Shown: in pieces, positions 51,684-61,822 of the stretch | Position numbering within the stretch: the stretch's first letter is position 1 | Layout: every line of letters starts with the position of its first letter | Virus record (IMG/VR): IMGVR_UViG_3300023175_000009 | Length of the DNA stretch: 64,000 nucleotides | Source: a virus | Strand: one strand, 5' to 3' | The notes under the pieces: generated by a model | Database searches by the model: none | What the model saw: only the letters and a program-made list of their open reading frames with translations | What the model was told of the DNA's origin: nothing | Translations under genes and position numbers: made by a program

Positions 51684-53477
51684 TTACTTTGCCTCAATCA
51701 TATTTACTGTTACGTCATCATCTTGAATTAAGAATATTCTACCAGCAGGAGAAACAATATCATCTCTCTTAGTAGTTACCATAATTCTAATACTAGATCC
51801 TTCTAATGCAGTAACTTTAAAATTAATTAATTCAATAGCACCAGTTTTATAATTTACACTTCCTGCAACAGGAACGATTACTTCTGGGTTTACAATATTA
51901 GATGTTACAATTTGGATATTACCTTCACCATCATCTTGTAAATACGCATCTACGTAATTATATTCAAATACACTACTTTTAACAGCAGGTTTATAATCAG
52001 TAAAGTTTGAATCTCTAAATGGATATGGTTTCTTTAATTCGGCAAAGAATTTAAATGAAGGCGATTCTGCAATACCAGCAACAGGTGAATATAAAACATA
52101 AGGATTTACTTCTACCTGATTAGATTGAATTGAACTATCAGCTGCGTCAATTGCGGAAATTAATTTAGATAGTCTTAATGTAACATTAAAGTTATCAAGC
52201 TTATCTTTATTATAAGTAGTTACCGCGTCTCTAACTAATGTTTCAATTTGTGCTGCAGATTTATTAGTTCCTTTTGCATCAAAATAAACATCAACATATG
52301 TACAACCATACATAAATTGTGATTCGATAAAGATTGGCTCGATTGCTAACGGACTCTTATCTTTTAAATATTCAATATATGCGGAAGATAATGTACTTGA
52401 TAAACCTTCTCTGCCTTCACCAAGATAAACTGAAATAGCAACTTTACCAAATTGTGGTGGATCTAATTCTTCACCGCCATAAGCTGAAATGGCTTGAATT
52501 TCTGGGAATTGCTTTTTCAATAAAATTTCATAGTCTGTTGTTGTTACAGCACGCTCTTGAATTTGTAATGATTTTGGAGCAAAATATCTAATACTTTCTT
52601 GAGTTTCTCTTTCAGCTCCGCCGGCTGCTGCTTCAACTGTTTGAACTGTTGCTTCTGAATTTGATGATGTTGTTTCTAATGAAAAAGTATATGCACCGTT
52701 TGCTTCAGGACCAGAAGTAATACGATATCTTACACGTACATCTTCATACTCAGCAGGTTGTAGACCAAATATATTATTACCAAAATAAATAGAATATCTT
52801 CCATCATAAAATGGTTCTACATAAAATACTTTATCTGTTGGACCTACACCAAAAACATCATTTTTACGAATGAAAACATTTTCATTATCTGTTGCTTCAG
52901 CATCGATAAACACTTCGATAGAATCAGTATCAGCATTTTCGTTAGAAAGAATAACTCTTAAAATACCATCATCATCTATAAAGAAACCTTCTCTTTCAAA
53001 ACTAGAAAGCATTTCTCCTTCAAAAATTTCTACATTACTTGCAACAAAAGTACCTGGCGCAGTTTTACGAGCGATATATGTTTCTGCATTAATAAAGTTA
53101 TAATTTGTACCTTTAAAGCTTGTTGTAAACGCTGAATAAGCAGGAATAGTTACCGTTTGTCCTGATACAGTTGTGTCTGTAATAGTTACATTAACAACAG
53201 CACGAGCTGATCTTCTAGAACGCGGTAGATAATTTAATTCTTTCGCATGTGATACAATAGAATTTTTTAGTACGGCTGAATCAAGGAACATTTCATTGAC
53301 TGCCATATTGGTATAAAAGTTATTTTGAAATGTATTATAAGCTAATACATCCAAAAATACAGACATATTAGATCCTTCAAAGTTATAATCTTTAAATTGA
53401 GTCTGATCTTTTAAATATGTTTTAAAGTTTGATTTAATCGTTTCAAAATCTAATTCTGAAATATTTAGTTTAGCCAT
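51684..53477 (-). CDS. gp6: Baseplate wedge subunit gp6
   Basis: LDFETIK...FKDYNFEGSNMSVFLDVLAYNT...EMFLDSA; QERAVTTTDY; AYGGEELDPPQFGKV. Confidence 0.93.
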   Translation of the reverse strand: MAKLNISELDFETIKSNFKTYLKDQTQFKDYNFEGSNMSVFLDVLAYNTFQNNFYTNMAVNEMFLDSAVLKNSIVSHAKELNYLPRSRRSARAVVNVTITDTTVSGQTVTIPAYSAFTTSFKGTNYNFINAETYIARKTAPGTFVASNVEIFEGEMLSSFEREGFFIDDDGILRVILSNENADTDSIEVFIDAEATDNENVFIRKNDVFGVGPTDKVFYVEPFYDGRYSIYFGNNIFGLQPAEYEDVRVRYRITSGPEANGAYTFSLETTSSNSEATVQTVEAAAGGAERETQESIRYFAPKSLQIQERAVTTTDYEILLKKQFPEIQAISAYGGEELDPPQFGKVAISVYLGEGREGLSSTLSSAYIEYLKDKSPLAIEPIFIESQFMYGCTYVDVYFDAKGTNKSAAQIETLVRDAVTTYNKDKLDNFNVTLRLSKLISAIDAADSSIQSNQVEVNPYVLYSPVAGIAESPSFKFFAELKKPYPFRDSNFTDYKPAVKSSVFEYNYVDAYLQDDGEGNIQIVTSNIVNPEVIVPVAGSVNYKTGAIELINFKVTALEGSSIRIMVTTKRDDIVSPAGRIFLIQDDDVTVNMIEAK

Positions 53478-53894
53478 TTATCGCGTCCTCTCTAAAAATA
53501 CATCCACTGTTATAGGCTGTTGAATGTTAGATATGTAAAATACAATTTTAACACGTACTATATTGTCATCGATGTTTGATTCTGCGACAACATCAATAAG
53601 CTCTGCTCTTGGTTCGTATAAATTGATTGTTTCTTCAACTCTATCTTGAATTAATTTAAGAGTTGCAGGAGTAATATTTTCAAATAATAAACCTCTAATA
53701 CTTGCACCTAAATTTGGTTGCATTAATCTTTCACCTCTATCGGTAAGAATAAGATTTTTGATTGATTCTTTTACAGCTTCTTCATCTTTATTTACCGTAA
53801 GATCTGCAGAGACAGGACTTTTTTCAAGATTCTTTTTAAAATCTTGATAGATTGTTATCTTTTTTGTATTACCTGTAAATAAAGTTTGTGACAT
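53478..53894 (-). CDS. gp25: Baseplate wedge subunit gp25
   Basis: AVKESIKNLILTDRGERLMQPNLG...YEPR motif. Confidence 0.93.
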   Translation of the reverse strand: MSQTLFTGNTKKITIYQDFKKNLEKSPVSADLTVNKDEEAVKESIKNLILTDRGERLMQPNLGASIRGLLFENITPATLKLIQDRVEETINLYEPRAELIDVVAESNIDDNIVRVKIVFYISNIQQPITVDVFLERTR

Positions 53895-53903
53895 TTATTT
53901 TTC

Positions 53904-55547
53904 CTATTGTGTTCTTACATCCCAATAATTAGTTTGTCCCATACCAAGATGTATAAACTTATCTCTCATTCCTATATTTCTAAATCCTGCCTTTTTTGCC
54001 AATTCGGCAAACTCATCCGTTTTATCTGCTCGAGCATAAAAATCATCCCAAGTAACATCAACAGCTAATCCAAAGCTGTGTGATCCAGTTCCAGGATCTT
54101 GTTCAACTTGCTTCTTATTATATTCTTGGCTTCTCCAGCCACTCATAATAATTAATTGATCTGTAATTCCTGCTTCTTTAGCAGATTTTTGTAAACTTTG
54201 TAATTGAAGTTTAACTTTATCTAGTATTCTATTCCAACCGTCAGCACCAAGATCTTTAACCCAATCACCTTCTACTTTAAATCTAGAATCTTTTCCGTTT
54301 TTCAAATCTTTCCATTTAGGAAGAGACTTCATTTGTTCTACTAAACCATCATATTTAGATACTGGTATTTCACCATCATCTTCAGTAGTCGTTTGAGTAG
54401 TTTCTGTTATTTGATACTGATAATCAGGATCTATATTTGCCCACTCTTCCTTAGTATTATTTATTACCTCTTTACGTCTTGGCTCAGAAAATCTTATTGC
54501 ACCAGCTCTAATAGATTCACCTTCAATTCTATTAGAAGCATTTTGTAAATTGTTAAAAACTTCTCTATATCTATTTTGGAAATCGTCTAATGGTGCTCTT
54601 GTTCCTTTAATTAATCCTTCGACACCTGCTGCAAATCCACAAATTCTCAAAATTAAAAATTGAATTTCTTCTAAAGAAGGATTTTCAAATAATCCTACTG
54701 CGTAATCAAATAATCCAGTGATTTTGTTTTTAATACCTTCTATATTTTCATCACTAAAAAATTCTACAATACCATTTTTAATATCTTCAACTCTATTAAT
54801 AATATTTTCTTGAATAAAAACTCCAATATCATTAACAACTTCACCTATATCAAAATTCTCAATCGCGGAAACAACGCTCTTAATAACACCTTCAACAGTA
54901 TCAACAATTTTCTTTTTAATTGCTTCAATTAATGCTTTAACTTTTAATTGCTCAAAGAATGCTTTAGCCGCATCTTCAATATTTTTAATTTTATTTACAA
55001 AAGATATTGCATCACTTATTAAACCTTGAACTTGTCCTACTAAATTAAAGAAGCCATTAATTAATACAAATGCGCTTTGGAATAATCCACAAAATCCGCC
55101 CATAATACTAGATGAAAAACTATCTCTATAATATCCATCTAATTGAGTTAATACACCATCAAATCTTTCATTAATTGCTTTTGTAAGAGTGTTAACAGTA
55201 AATCCATAATCATCCATCATTGCAGCAGTTTCTGCTGGAGTTATTGCTGGACTTTTTCCGCCATCTGTTCTTTCACTAAGAGCACCAAAATTATTTAATT
55301 TATCTTTATTATTTTTTAGAGCTTGATTTAAATAATTATGAACGTCATAAAAATCATTTCCATATTCTTTAACCATTTTAGATAATGGATTAGTTTCTAC
55401 TTCTCTTACAATTGAATCTTTAAATTCTTTTTCAAATACTGCAATTTGATCTTTTGTATATTCTCCGTTATTATTCGTTAGTATTCCGGAGCTAATATTT
55501 ATTGCAGCTGATGATGGAGTTAAGCAAGGATCTAAATGTGGAATCAT
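53904..55547 (-). CDS. Baseplate-associated protein with C-terminal peptidase M15-like domain (547 aa)
   Basis: IMSGWRSQEYN...GSHSFGLAVDV...FIHLG zinc-peptidase motifs after a long helical region. Confidence 0.8.
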   Translation of the reverse strand: MIPHLDPCLTPSSAAINISSGILTNNNGEYTKDQIAVFEKEFKDSIVREVETNPLSKMVKEYGNDFYDVHNYLNQALKNNKDKLNNFGALSERTDGGKSPAITPAETAAMMDDYGFTVNTLTKAINERFDGVLTQLDGYYRDSFSSSIMGGFCGLFQSAFVLINGFFNLVGQVQGLISDAISFVNKIKNIEDAAKAFFEQLKVKALIEAIKKKIVDTVEGVIKSVVSAIENFDIGEVVNDIGVFIQENIINRVEDIKNGIVEFFSDENIEGIKNKITGLFDYAVGLFENPSLEEIQFLILRICGFAAGVEGLIKGTRAPLDDFQNRYREVFNNLQNASNRIEGESIRAGAIRFSEPRRKEVINNTKEEWANIDPDYQYQITETTQTTTEDDGEIPVSKYDGLVEQMKSLPKWKDLKNGKDSRFKVEGDWVKDLGADGWNRILDKVKLQLQSLQKSAKEAGITDQLIIMSGWRSQEYNKKQVEQDPGTGSHSFGLAVDVTWDDFYARADKTDEFAELAKKAGFRNIGMRDKFIHLGMGQTNYWDVRTQ

Positions 55548-57688
55548 GCGATGTTACCTCCAGGCGTTATAGTTTGAGCTAATGCAGTACCTTCTTTAAT
55601 AGAATAACTAGATTTAACTTTATCTAATACTTGTAAAAAGTCTTTTACTTTAGTTAAAGATTTATTCGTATTACTATCATATCTACTCTTACCAGCATTA
55701 GGTCCAGTAACTAATGGTAATGAAGCCCATTCACATGCTAGGTTATAAGCAAATTTTTCTCTACTAATTTTACCTTTTAAGTATGAATCTAATCCTCTTG
55801 TTTTTAATAATGCAATTGCTAATTTATCTTGGTTTGCAGCACTAAACTTATCACTTGCACTTAAGCCGGCTCTCTTATATAATGGTCTTCCTGGACCATT
55901 ATTATTATCATTATTATAACCTCGTAAAGTATCTTCCATAATTTGATAACGACCAGCAGCCTCTGAGCTTTGTTTACTATCAATACTTTCTTGCCAATCA
56001 AGTACTTCTTGAATAGTCATATCAGTAAGCTTCTTGGCCGGATATCTTGATTTGGAAACTAATCCAGAAATATCATCATATCCGTTACTTTCTAAATCAC
56101 CAATAAAGTCTAATAATGGTGCAGCTGCTCCAGCAGAAACAGAAGCAATCACATTACTTGCGTATAATGTACGAGTTTCACCTTTATGATCTATAGAATT
56201 GTAACCAGTACTACCCATCGAACCTAAATCTGCTGTAATAAGAGCAGTTGATTTATTAACTGGTTCAGGTGCAAATACTGTAGCGGCTCCCCAAGCAATT
56301 TCAGGAATAGGTGATGTTGGAATAAATGCTTTACTTGGTATTGGCGGAATTGTGAATTTAGCTGCTACTAATGAAGGTATAGCAGGTCGTGCTAATCCAC
56401 CAGCTAAGTTAACAAAGTTATCAATATTTACAATTGGAGAATTAATATTTGTTTGTACTCCACCTCCAATAGCAACATCAATGCCTCCAGTAATATCTGT
56501 AGTAAGTGCACTAGATATTGTAGTTGTTAATGAAGCTTGTGCTGACCAAGTCGCTGAAAGTTGATTAATTGTAAGTGCCGAGAAATTCATTTCTGCAACA
56601 GATTGTACATTAACTTGTGTATTACCTCTTAAATGTAATTTATCTGTAGCATCCACAAGAATTTTTTCTGACTTAATTGAAAGTGCTCCATATGGATTAC
56701 CAAACTTACCAGCTTGGATTTGCATTTCTTTATTAGCATTAATTGCCATTGTACCTACGTTGGCTTCTATCTTAACATCAGCTCCTCTCATTTGAGCTTG
56801 ATCAGAAGCATTAATCGTGCTTTGTCCACCTACTGATAACATATGATTACCGTGAACTAATGTTTGTAAATCTCCTTCGATTTCTTCTATTTTATTTCCT
56901 TTCACGTAAACATAACTATTACCTTCAATGGTTACTGTGCTCATCCCGCCAACAACTACGTGTTGTTTACGGTCCATCACTTCAAATTTATCTGATACTG
57001 CTTTTTCTGTAACAGTACCTCTAGTATCAATTTGCACAAAGGAACCGGAACCGTGATGGATCATAATCCTTTCGGCACCTGGAGTGTCGTCTAGTTCAAT
57101 AGTATGCGCTCCGGTTTCTATTACTTTATTGAAGGGATACTCAGCATTATAAGCAGTGCCAGGCTCATCCCACGTTTCATCTTTACCTCCGACTTTAACG
57201 TTTTTCTTTCTAGCCATTTCTTGTTGAAAGACTTTTGTTTCCTCAATCTTTTCACCACGAGCAAGTCTTGAATTTTGAGGTTGTCCAAAACTTTCTGGCT
57301 CAGATCCTTGTGCTAAGAGTTTACTATCTCTATCTGGTATTACACCCCATCCTTGTTTTTTAATTGAATCAGGTGTTAATGGTTCTGTCATTTGAGTTGG
57401 AATTAATCCAAGTACCATTGGTTGTTGTGCATCTCTACTATCTAAGAACACACCAAACACCCAGCTGTTTATCTTTGGAATATTGTTAGGGTTATAGTCA
57501 CCTTGCACAACAATAGCCCAAGGAAGCATATCTGTAGGGACATCAGAGTTAGTTCCGTGCACACCAAAGGCTCTTACTTGCACGCGTCCTTCTTTGCGAG
57601 GATCGATATTATTTTCGACCACTCCTACAAAAAATACCGGATCTTTAAGACCTACACCAAAATCAAACATCGCCTCTATTCCAATCAA
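55544..57688 (-). CDS. gp5: Baseplate hub/needle gp5-like with C-terminal lysozyme-like domain (714 aa)
   Basis: OB-fold FVGVVENNIDPRKEGRVQVRAFGVH; EYPFNKVIETGAHTIELDDTPGAERI; beta-helix repeats; C-terminal AAGRYQI...EWASLP. Confidence 0.9.
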   Translation of the reverse strand: MIGIEAMFDFGVGLKDPVFFVGVVENNIDPRKEGRVQVRAFGVHGTNSDVPTDMLPWAIVVQGDYNPNNIPKINSWVFGVFLDSRDAQQPMVLGLIPTQMTEPLTPDSIKKQGWGVIPDRDSKLLAQGSEPESFGQPQNSRLARGEKIEETKVFQQEMARKKNVKVGGKDETWDEPGTAYNAEYPFNKVIETGAHTIELDDTPGAERIMIHHGSGSFVQIDTRGTVTEKAVSDKFEVMDRKQHVVVGGMSTVTIEGNSYVYVKGNKIEEIEGDLQTLVHGNHMLSVGGQSTINASDQAQMRGADVKIEANVGTMAINANKEMQIQAGKFGNPYGALSIKSEKILVDATDKLHLRGNTQVNVQSVAEMNFSALTINQLSATWSAQASLTTTISSALTTDITGGIDVAIGGGVQTNINSPIVNIDNFVNLAGGLARPAIPSLVAAKFTIPPIPSKAFIPTSPIPEIAWGAATVFAPEPVNKSTALITADLGSMGSTGYNSIDHKGETRTLYASNVIASVSAGAAAPLLDFIGDLESNGYDDISGLVSKSRYPAKKLTDMTIQEVLDWQESIDSKQSSEAAGRYQIMEDTLRGYNNDNNNGPGRPLYKRAGLSASDKFSAANQDKLAIALLKTRGLDSYLKGKISREKFAYNLACEWASLPLVTGPNAGKSRYDSNTNKSLTKVKDFLQVLDKVKSSYSIKEGTALAQTITPGGNIA

Positions 57689-59051
57689 ATTTAGAAAGTT
57701 GTAAACTTGTTTCTAAAACACCCTCACTAATTACATGTGAAGTACTTTTTATTAAATATCTACCTGATAATGTTTCGTTATTTAAAGTGCCAGTAGATAA
57801 TTCTGGTATATTTAAATTTACAATATAACCAGGTCTAATATCTAATCTACCTTTTAAAGATACTTCAACTTGTGTATTATTTAAATGAGAAAGATAAGAT
57901 ACTCTATTCTGAATTATTTCAGATAGAAATCTATTTCTATGTATATTAGAACTTAGATCACCACTAGATTGATAATCTTTAAAGATCATAAATGATCTTG
58001 CATTTTCTTTTGTGAATATATCATTACGAAATTCTTCTGTATGAGGATTATCATCCAGGCTTCTAATATCACCTTTCATATCCATATATTTACCATCAGT
58101 ATCATAATTGAAATTTCTTATATTTGCTTTCTTTCTCACAAAATCTAATTCAGTTACTTCACTTCTGTATGAGCCAGAAAAAACATCTTTTTCTAAATCA
58201 ATACTTTTTTGAGCGATATGTAATGATTCTATTCTATTAATTTGATCTAAAGGTGCTTTAGGATCTACACTTGCCGTTGGGCTGTAATACAATTGTATAA
58301 CATGATCATTTTCGATATCTTTTACTAAGAATTCATCTGTACAAAAATAATAATTTTCTAAAGTTTCAAAAAATCTAAAAGTACAAGAAGGAGTTTCTGG
58401 ATTATATGATCTAGCTCCTAACATTTGCATTGTTTCTGCAGGAGTTAAACGCGGTATTACTAATCTAGAACGAGATGCAGTATCTTGTATAAAAAGATTT
58501 CTTTGTTGTTTTCTTTTTTGTGTTTCTGTTATTAAATATCTTCTTGCACCAAACGGTAATACTCTATCATGTACTGAATCTTGTGTTGATGCATTTTCTT
58601 TTGTAGGAATATTAGAATAATATGTATTAAATACTTCTCTTACAGTATCACTTGTTTGTAAATCATATGCTTTAGATACTGATCTTGTACCACCTTTAAA
58701 TGTTTCTTCAGATACAAAATGAATTGTATATGATGATCCATTATTACTTTGAAGCGGTTGAATATCTGTTACTTTTATTATATTTGTATATAAATTAATT
58801 TCCGTATTTAAATCAGAAGCAATTAATTTTAATTCCATTTTTTCTTCTGCTCTTAATGGAAACTTTTCTAAAAAACCAATAGCATCAATAACTTTGATAT
58901 AACCTTGCCAAGCAGGAGAATCTATGCTCTGTTTTACGCCAAACTCATAATAAAAGTTTGTTGATAAATCTTCTGTTTTTGATCCATCATATGAAGTAAT
59001 TTTAATAGAAATTATTTCGGCTTCAGACGGATTAAATGATGTGTCAGCCAT
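57663..59051 (-). CDS. Baseplate hub protein (gp27-like, 462 aa)
   Basis: Position between gp53 and gp5; FRFFET and C-terminal GRLDIRPG...LSGRYLIKSTSH motif. Confidence 0.7.
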   Translation of the reverse strand: MADTSFNPSEAEIISIKITSYDGSKTEDLSTNFYYEFGVKQSIDSPAWQGYIKVIDAIGFLEKFPLRAEEKMELKLIASDLNTEINLYTNIIKVTDIQPLQSNNGSSYTIHFVSEETFKGGTRSVSKAYDLQTSDTVREVFNTYYSNIPTKENASTQDSVHDRVLPFGARRYLITETQKRKQQRNLFIQDTASRSRLVIPRLTPAETMQMLGARSYNPETPSCTFRFFETLENYYFCTDEFLVKDIENDHVIQLYYSPTASVDPKAPLDQINRIESLHIAQKSIDLEKDVFSGSYRSEVTELDFVRKKANIRNFNYDTDGKYMDMKGDIRSLDDNPHTEEFRNDIFTKENARSFMIFKDYQSSGDLSSNIHRNRFLSEIIQNRVSYLSHLNNTQVEVSLKGRLDIRPGYIVNLNIPELSTGTLNNETLSGRYLIKSTSHVISEGVLETSLQLSKFDWNRGDV

Positions 59052-59308
59052 TATCTACTTCTTATCTTTCTGCGGAATTCGTCACTAATTTGGTTTAAAT
59101 AATCTCGATCGAGTAAGAAAATTTCTTTTCTATTTTCATTATCGGTAATTTCTTGATCGTATATTCTCCATTCAATCCACTCGTCTGGAATAATACGTTT
59201 AACAATAATTTTACGGCCAAGTTCTGTGCGTAAAATAACACGATCTTCTTTACGAAGATATATTGTTCTAAAAGATTCTGGTGCTAATTTAACAATTTCT
59301 ACAGCCAT
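59051..59308 (-). CDS. Probable C-terminal half of a split gp53 (85 aa)
   Basis: IYDQEITDNENRKEIFLLDRDYLNQI resembles the gp53 C-terminal YExExxxNExKRxIxLL motif; own AGGA RBS. Confidence 0.6.
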   Translation of the reverse strand: MAVEIVKLAPESFRTIYLRKEDRVILRTELGRKIIVKRIIPDEWIEWRIYDQEITDNENRKEIFLLDRDYLNQISDEFRRKIRSR

Positions 59309-59311
59309 ATT

Positions 59312-59689
59312 TTATCCTACTACTTTATAATAATAAACAATGTTTTCACCGTTTTGCTCAAATGCCCATTCAACAACTTCTTCTCCAACTTTGCCAGATT
59401 GCTCACCATATTTTGAAATTAAATAGTCATTAAATTCTGCAGTCGCCATTGGCCATTGAATATACGGATCAATGATATTATTAGACATATAAACTAACCA
59501 TGTATAATCTGTTGAGCCATAATAAAAACTTGCAACATCTTCTGGACGCTGACCTTCTTTTACTGTATAAGGCATATACAGCATAGGATTATTTAATACA
59601 AAGTTAGTTAAAGAATTTCTACGAGTAATATCTTTTACTTGTTGTCCTTCGTATTCTACAGTTGGAAATTCTTCAAAGTATCTAGTCAT
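59312..59689 (-). CDS. gp53: Baseplate wedge gp53 (N-terminal, LysM-like part; 125 aa)
   Basis: RYFEEFP...YTVKEGQRPEDVASFYYGS..YTWLV...NNIIDPYIQWPM. Confidence 0.88.
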   Translation of the reverse strand: MTRYFEEFPTVEYEGQQVKDITRRNSLTNFVLNNPMLYMPYTVKEGQRPEDVASFYYGSTDYTWLVYMSNNIIDPYIQWPMATAEFNDYLISKYGEQSGKVGEEVVEWAFEQNGENIVYYYKVVG

Positions 59690-60690
59690 TAGTCTGTATC
59701 TCCTTCACCATCATATCCTGTAGCAAATGTTTTTGCTTTATCAGGAGCAGTTACTCCATAATCTTGGGCACTTTCAATTTCTAGTTCTGATAATTGTAAT
59801 GCGATATTTACACCTGCTGGTTTACCACCTTTTATAATTGCTAAATTACCACCTGCACCATAATCAACAGTAAAGTTAGTAACCATAGAAGTTTTAAATT
59901 TCATATAATATTCTTGATTAACACCTAATAAGTAAATATCTACAACTGATGGATATTTTAAGAATGCTCTTCTAATTCCTGGTAAATCTTGTACAGATGG
60001 TAAAGAATTTTGTTTAATTTTTTCAACTATTTCTCTAATCCTTTCTGAATCTCGTTGGTTAGTTGGATATAAATCCCAATTAAATTGATGATTTCTTAAG
60101 TTAACACCTTCAAAAGCAAGTGTTTCACGAGGATTAACTACTTGTCCTGTAGCTGAGTTAATACTTCTAGCAATATCGCCAGGAATTAATTTTCTTGCTA
60201 AATATGTAGCAGCACTTGCAACATCTTGTACCTTAAAACCTTTTATAGAATCCATAACTTCACCGCCACTTGTGCTTTGAGCTAAACCAGCAATAGAAGC
60301 ACCTTGAGCTTGTATTAATTGTGGTAGTTGATTTATAGTAGCTTCTCCCTTTCCCATATCTTTTGTTAATTGTAAAGTAAGGTTTTCTGTAATTGGAGAC
60401 CTTTCATATCCATTAAGTCTCATTGTATTTGTATCAACTAATTGTTTTGGAAAAGGCAATTCTATAGAATCAGAACTTCTTAGTCCAATCCCAGATCCTC
60501 TATCAGCAGCATCAAACGCAGATTCGTTTAAACCAAAACCACTTTTATATTGTTGGAAATCATATTTTTTAAATACCATTAACATTGTATGTGGAAATGG
60601 CTTATCAGGAAATCTTAAATGAGACATAGCACCAGCATTTTCTTTTTCTGCTAGTCTACTATAAAACTCAACCCGTTTAGTTCTTGCCAT
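59689..60690 (-). CDS. gp48: Baseplate tail-tube cap gp48-like
   Basis: IELPFP; VVNPRETLAFEGVNLRNHQFNWDLYP; FLKYPS; synteny. Confidence 0.8.
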   Translation of the reverse strand: MARTKRVEFYSRLAEKENAGAMSHLRFPDKPFPHTMLMVFKKYDFQQYKSGFGLNESAFDAADRGSGIGLRSSDSIELPFPKQLVDTNTMRLNGYERSPITENLTLQLTKDMGKGEATINQLPQLIQAQGASIAGLAQSTSGGEVMDSIKGFKVQDVASAATYLARKLIPGDIARSINSATGQVVNPRETLAFEGVNLRNHQFNWDLYPTNQRDSERIREIVEKIKQNSLPSVQDLPGIRRAFLKYPSVVDIYLLGVNQEYYMKFKTSMVTNFTVDYGAGGNLAIIKGGKPAGVNIALQLSELEIESAQDYGVTAPDKAKTFATGYDGEGDTD

Positions 60691-60708
60691 ATGATCGCCC
60701 TTATTTCT

Positions 60709-60716
60709 TATAAATA
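60709..60716 (+). promoter_or_regulatory. T4-type late promoter TATAAATA (rightward)
   Basis: Exact consensus upstream of gp4. Confidence 0.8.
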
Positions 60717-60729
60717 AAATTATTATTTC

Positions 60730-60737
60730 TATTTATA
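60730..60737 (-). promoter_or_regulatory. T4-type late promoter TATAAATA (leftward)
   Basis: Exact consensus upstream of gp48. Confidence 0.8.
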
Positions 60738-60756
60738 TTGAATTGCGAGGAACGAT

Positions 60757-61209
60757 TTGGCTTATAGTGGAAGATTTCGTCCAAAAAATCCTAGCAAATA
60801 TAAGGGTGATCCGTCTAAAATATACTACCGCTCAATGTGGGAGTTTAAATTTTTTAGGCATGTAGATATTCATCCTGATGTTATTTGGTGGGCAAGTGAG
60901 GAATACGTAATACCATATTACTCACCAATTGACGGTAAAAGACATAGGTATTTTCCAGATGTAGTAATACATAGGAAAACACCAGCAGGACCTAGAACTT
61001 TGATGATTGAAATCAAACCTAAGTCTCAAACTAGACCGCCAGATATTAGAAATAAAAAGACTGCAAACGGAAAGGTTTCAAGAAGGTATTTAAACGAGGT
61101 TAAAACTTGGGGAATAAACGAAGCAAAATGGAAAGCGGCTCGAGCTTGGTGCACAGGACGAGGATGGGATTTTGCAATTTATACGGAAGATCAGCTAGGA
61201 ATAAAATAA
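60757..61209 (+). CDS. gp4: Head completion protein gp4 (TnsA-like nuclease fold)
   Basis: MAYSGRFRPKNPSKYKGD...YRSMWE...RYFPD...IEIKP...INEAKWKAA; TTG start with GAGGA RBS. Confidence 0.93.
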   Translation: MAYSGRFRPKNPSKYKGDPSKIYYRSMWEFKFFRHVDIHPDVIWWASEEYVIPYYSPIDGKRHRYFPDVVIHRKTPAGPRTLMIEIKPKSQTRPPDIRNKKTANGKVSRRYLNEVKTWGINEAKWKAARAWCTGRGWDFAIYTEDQLGIK

Positions 61210-61821
61210 ATGGCTTCTAAACTTTTTGACGATATTTTATTAGACGGAATACGTGGTGGTAAAGTACCAGCTCGTACAGCCGAAGCTCGTGAATGGTATC
61301 GTGAACAAGCTAAAGGCGTTAGTAGATCTAGAGCAGATCCAGAAAAAACTATTAGAGCAATAAGTCAATCTCGCGTTAATAGAAAAGGCACATTTATGTT
61401 AGGTCATATGTATATGTTTGGTTATGACCCAAAACATAAAGAAACTTTACCATATTATGATAGATATCCTTTAATATTTCCAATAAATAATGCTAAGGGT
61501 GGATTTTTAGGAATAAACTTTCATTACTTACCACCTATTTTAAGAGCTAAATTGATGGATCAATTATATACAGTTCTTAATAATAAAAGGTTTGATGAAA
61601 GCACTAGGATAAGAGCGTCTTATAAAATGTTAAATGGTATAACAAAGTTTAAAGAATTTAAACCTTGTGTTAAACATTATTTAAGTGAGCATGTAAGAAC
61701 TAAACCTGCTCATATATTACCATCGGAATGGGATATTGCTTTATTCTTACCATCACAAAGATTTGTTGGTGCAACGGCAAATAAAGTTTATACTGATTCT
61801 AGAAGAATTATAAGAGGATAA
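61210..61821 (+). CDS. gp2: DNA end protector protein gp2
   Basis: YMFGYDPKHKETLPYYDRYPL...GINFHYLPP...KPCVKHYL. Confidence 0.92.
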   Translation: MASKLFDDILLDGIRGGKVPARTAEAREWYREQAKGVSRSRADPEKTIRAISQSRVNRKGTFMLGHMYMFGYDPKHKETLPYYDRYPLIFPINNAKGGFLGINFHYLPPILRAKLMDQLYTVLNNKRFDESTRIRASYKMLNGITKFKEFKPCVKHYLSEHVRTKPAHILPSEWDIALFLPSQRFVGATANKVYTDSRRIIRG

Positions 61822-61822
61822 A

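Noticed and set aside
1946-57694. Other short nested or antisense ORFs in the track (60-125 aa)
   Set aside because: All lie inside long, motif-supported genes and have no recognisable motifs.
60757-61209. Tn7 TnsA transposase or mobile element
   Set aside because: Sequence and position next to gp2 identify it as T4-like gp4; no other transposition genes or element ends.
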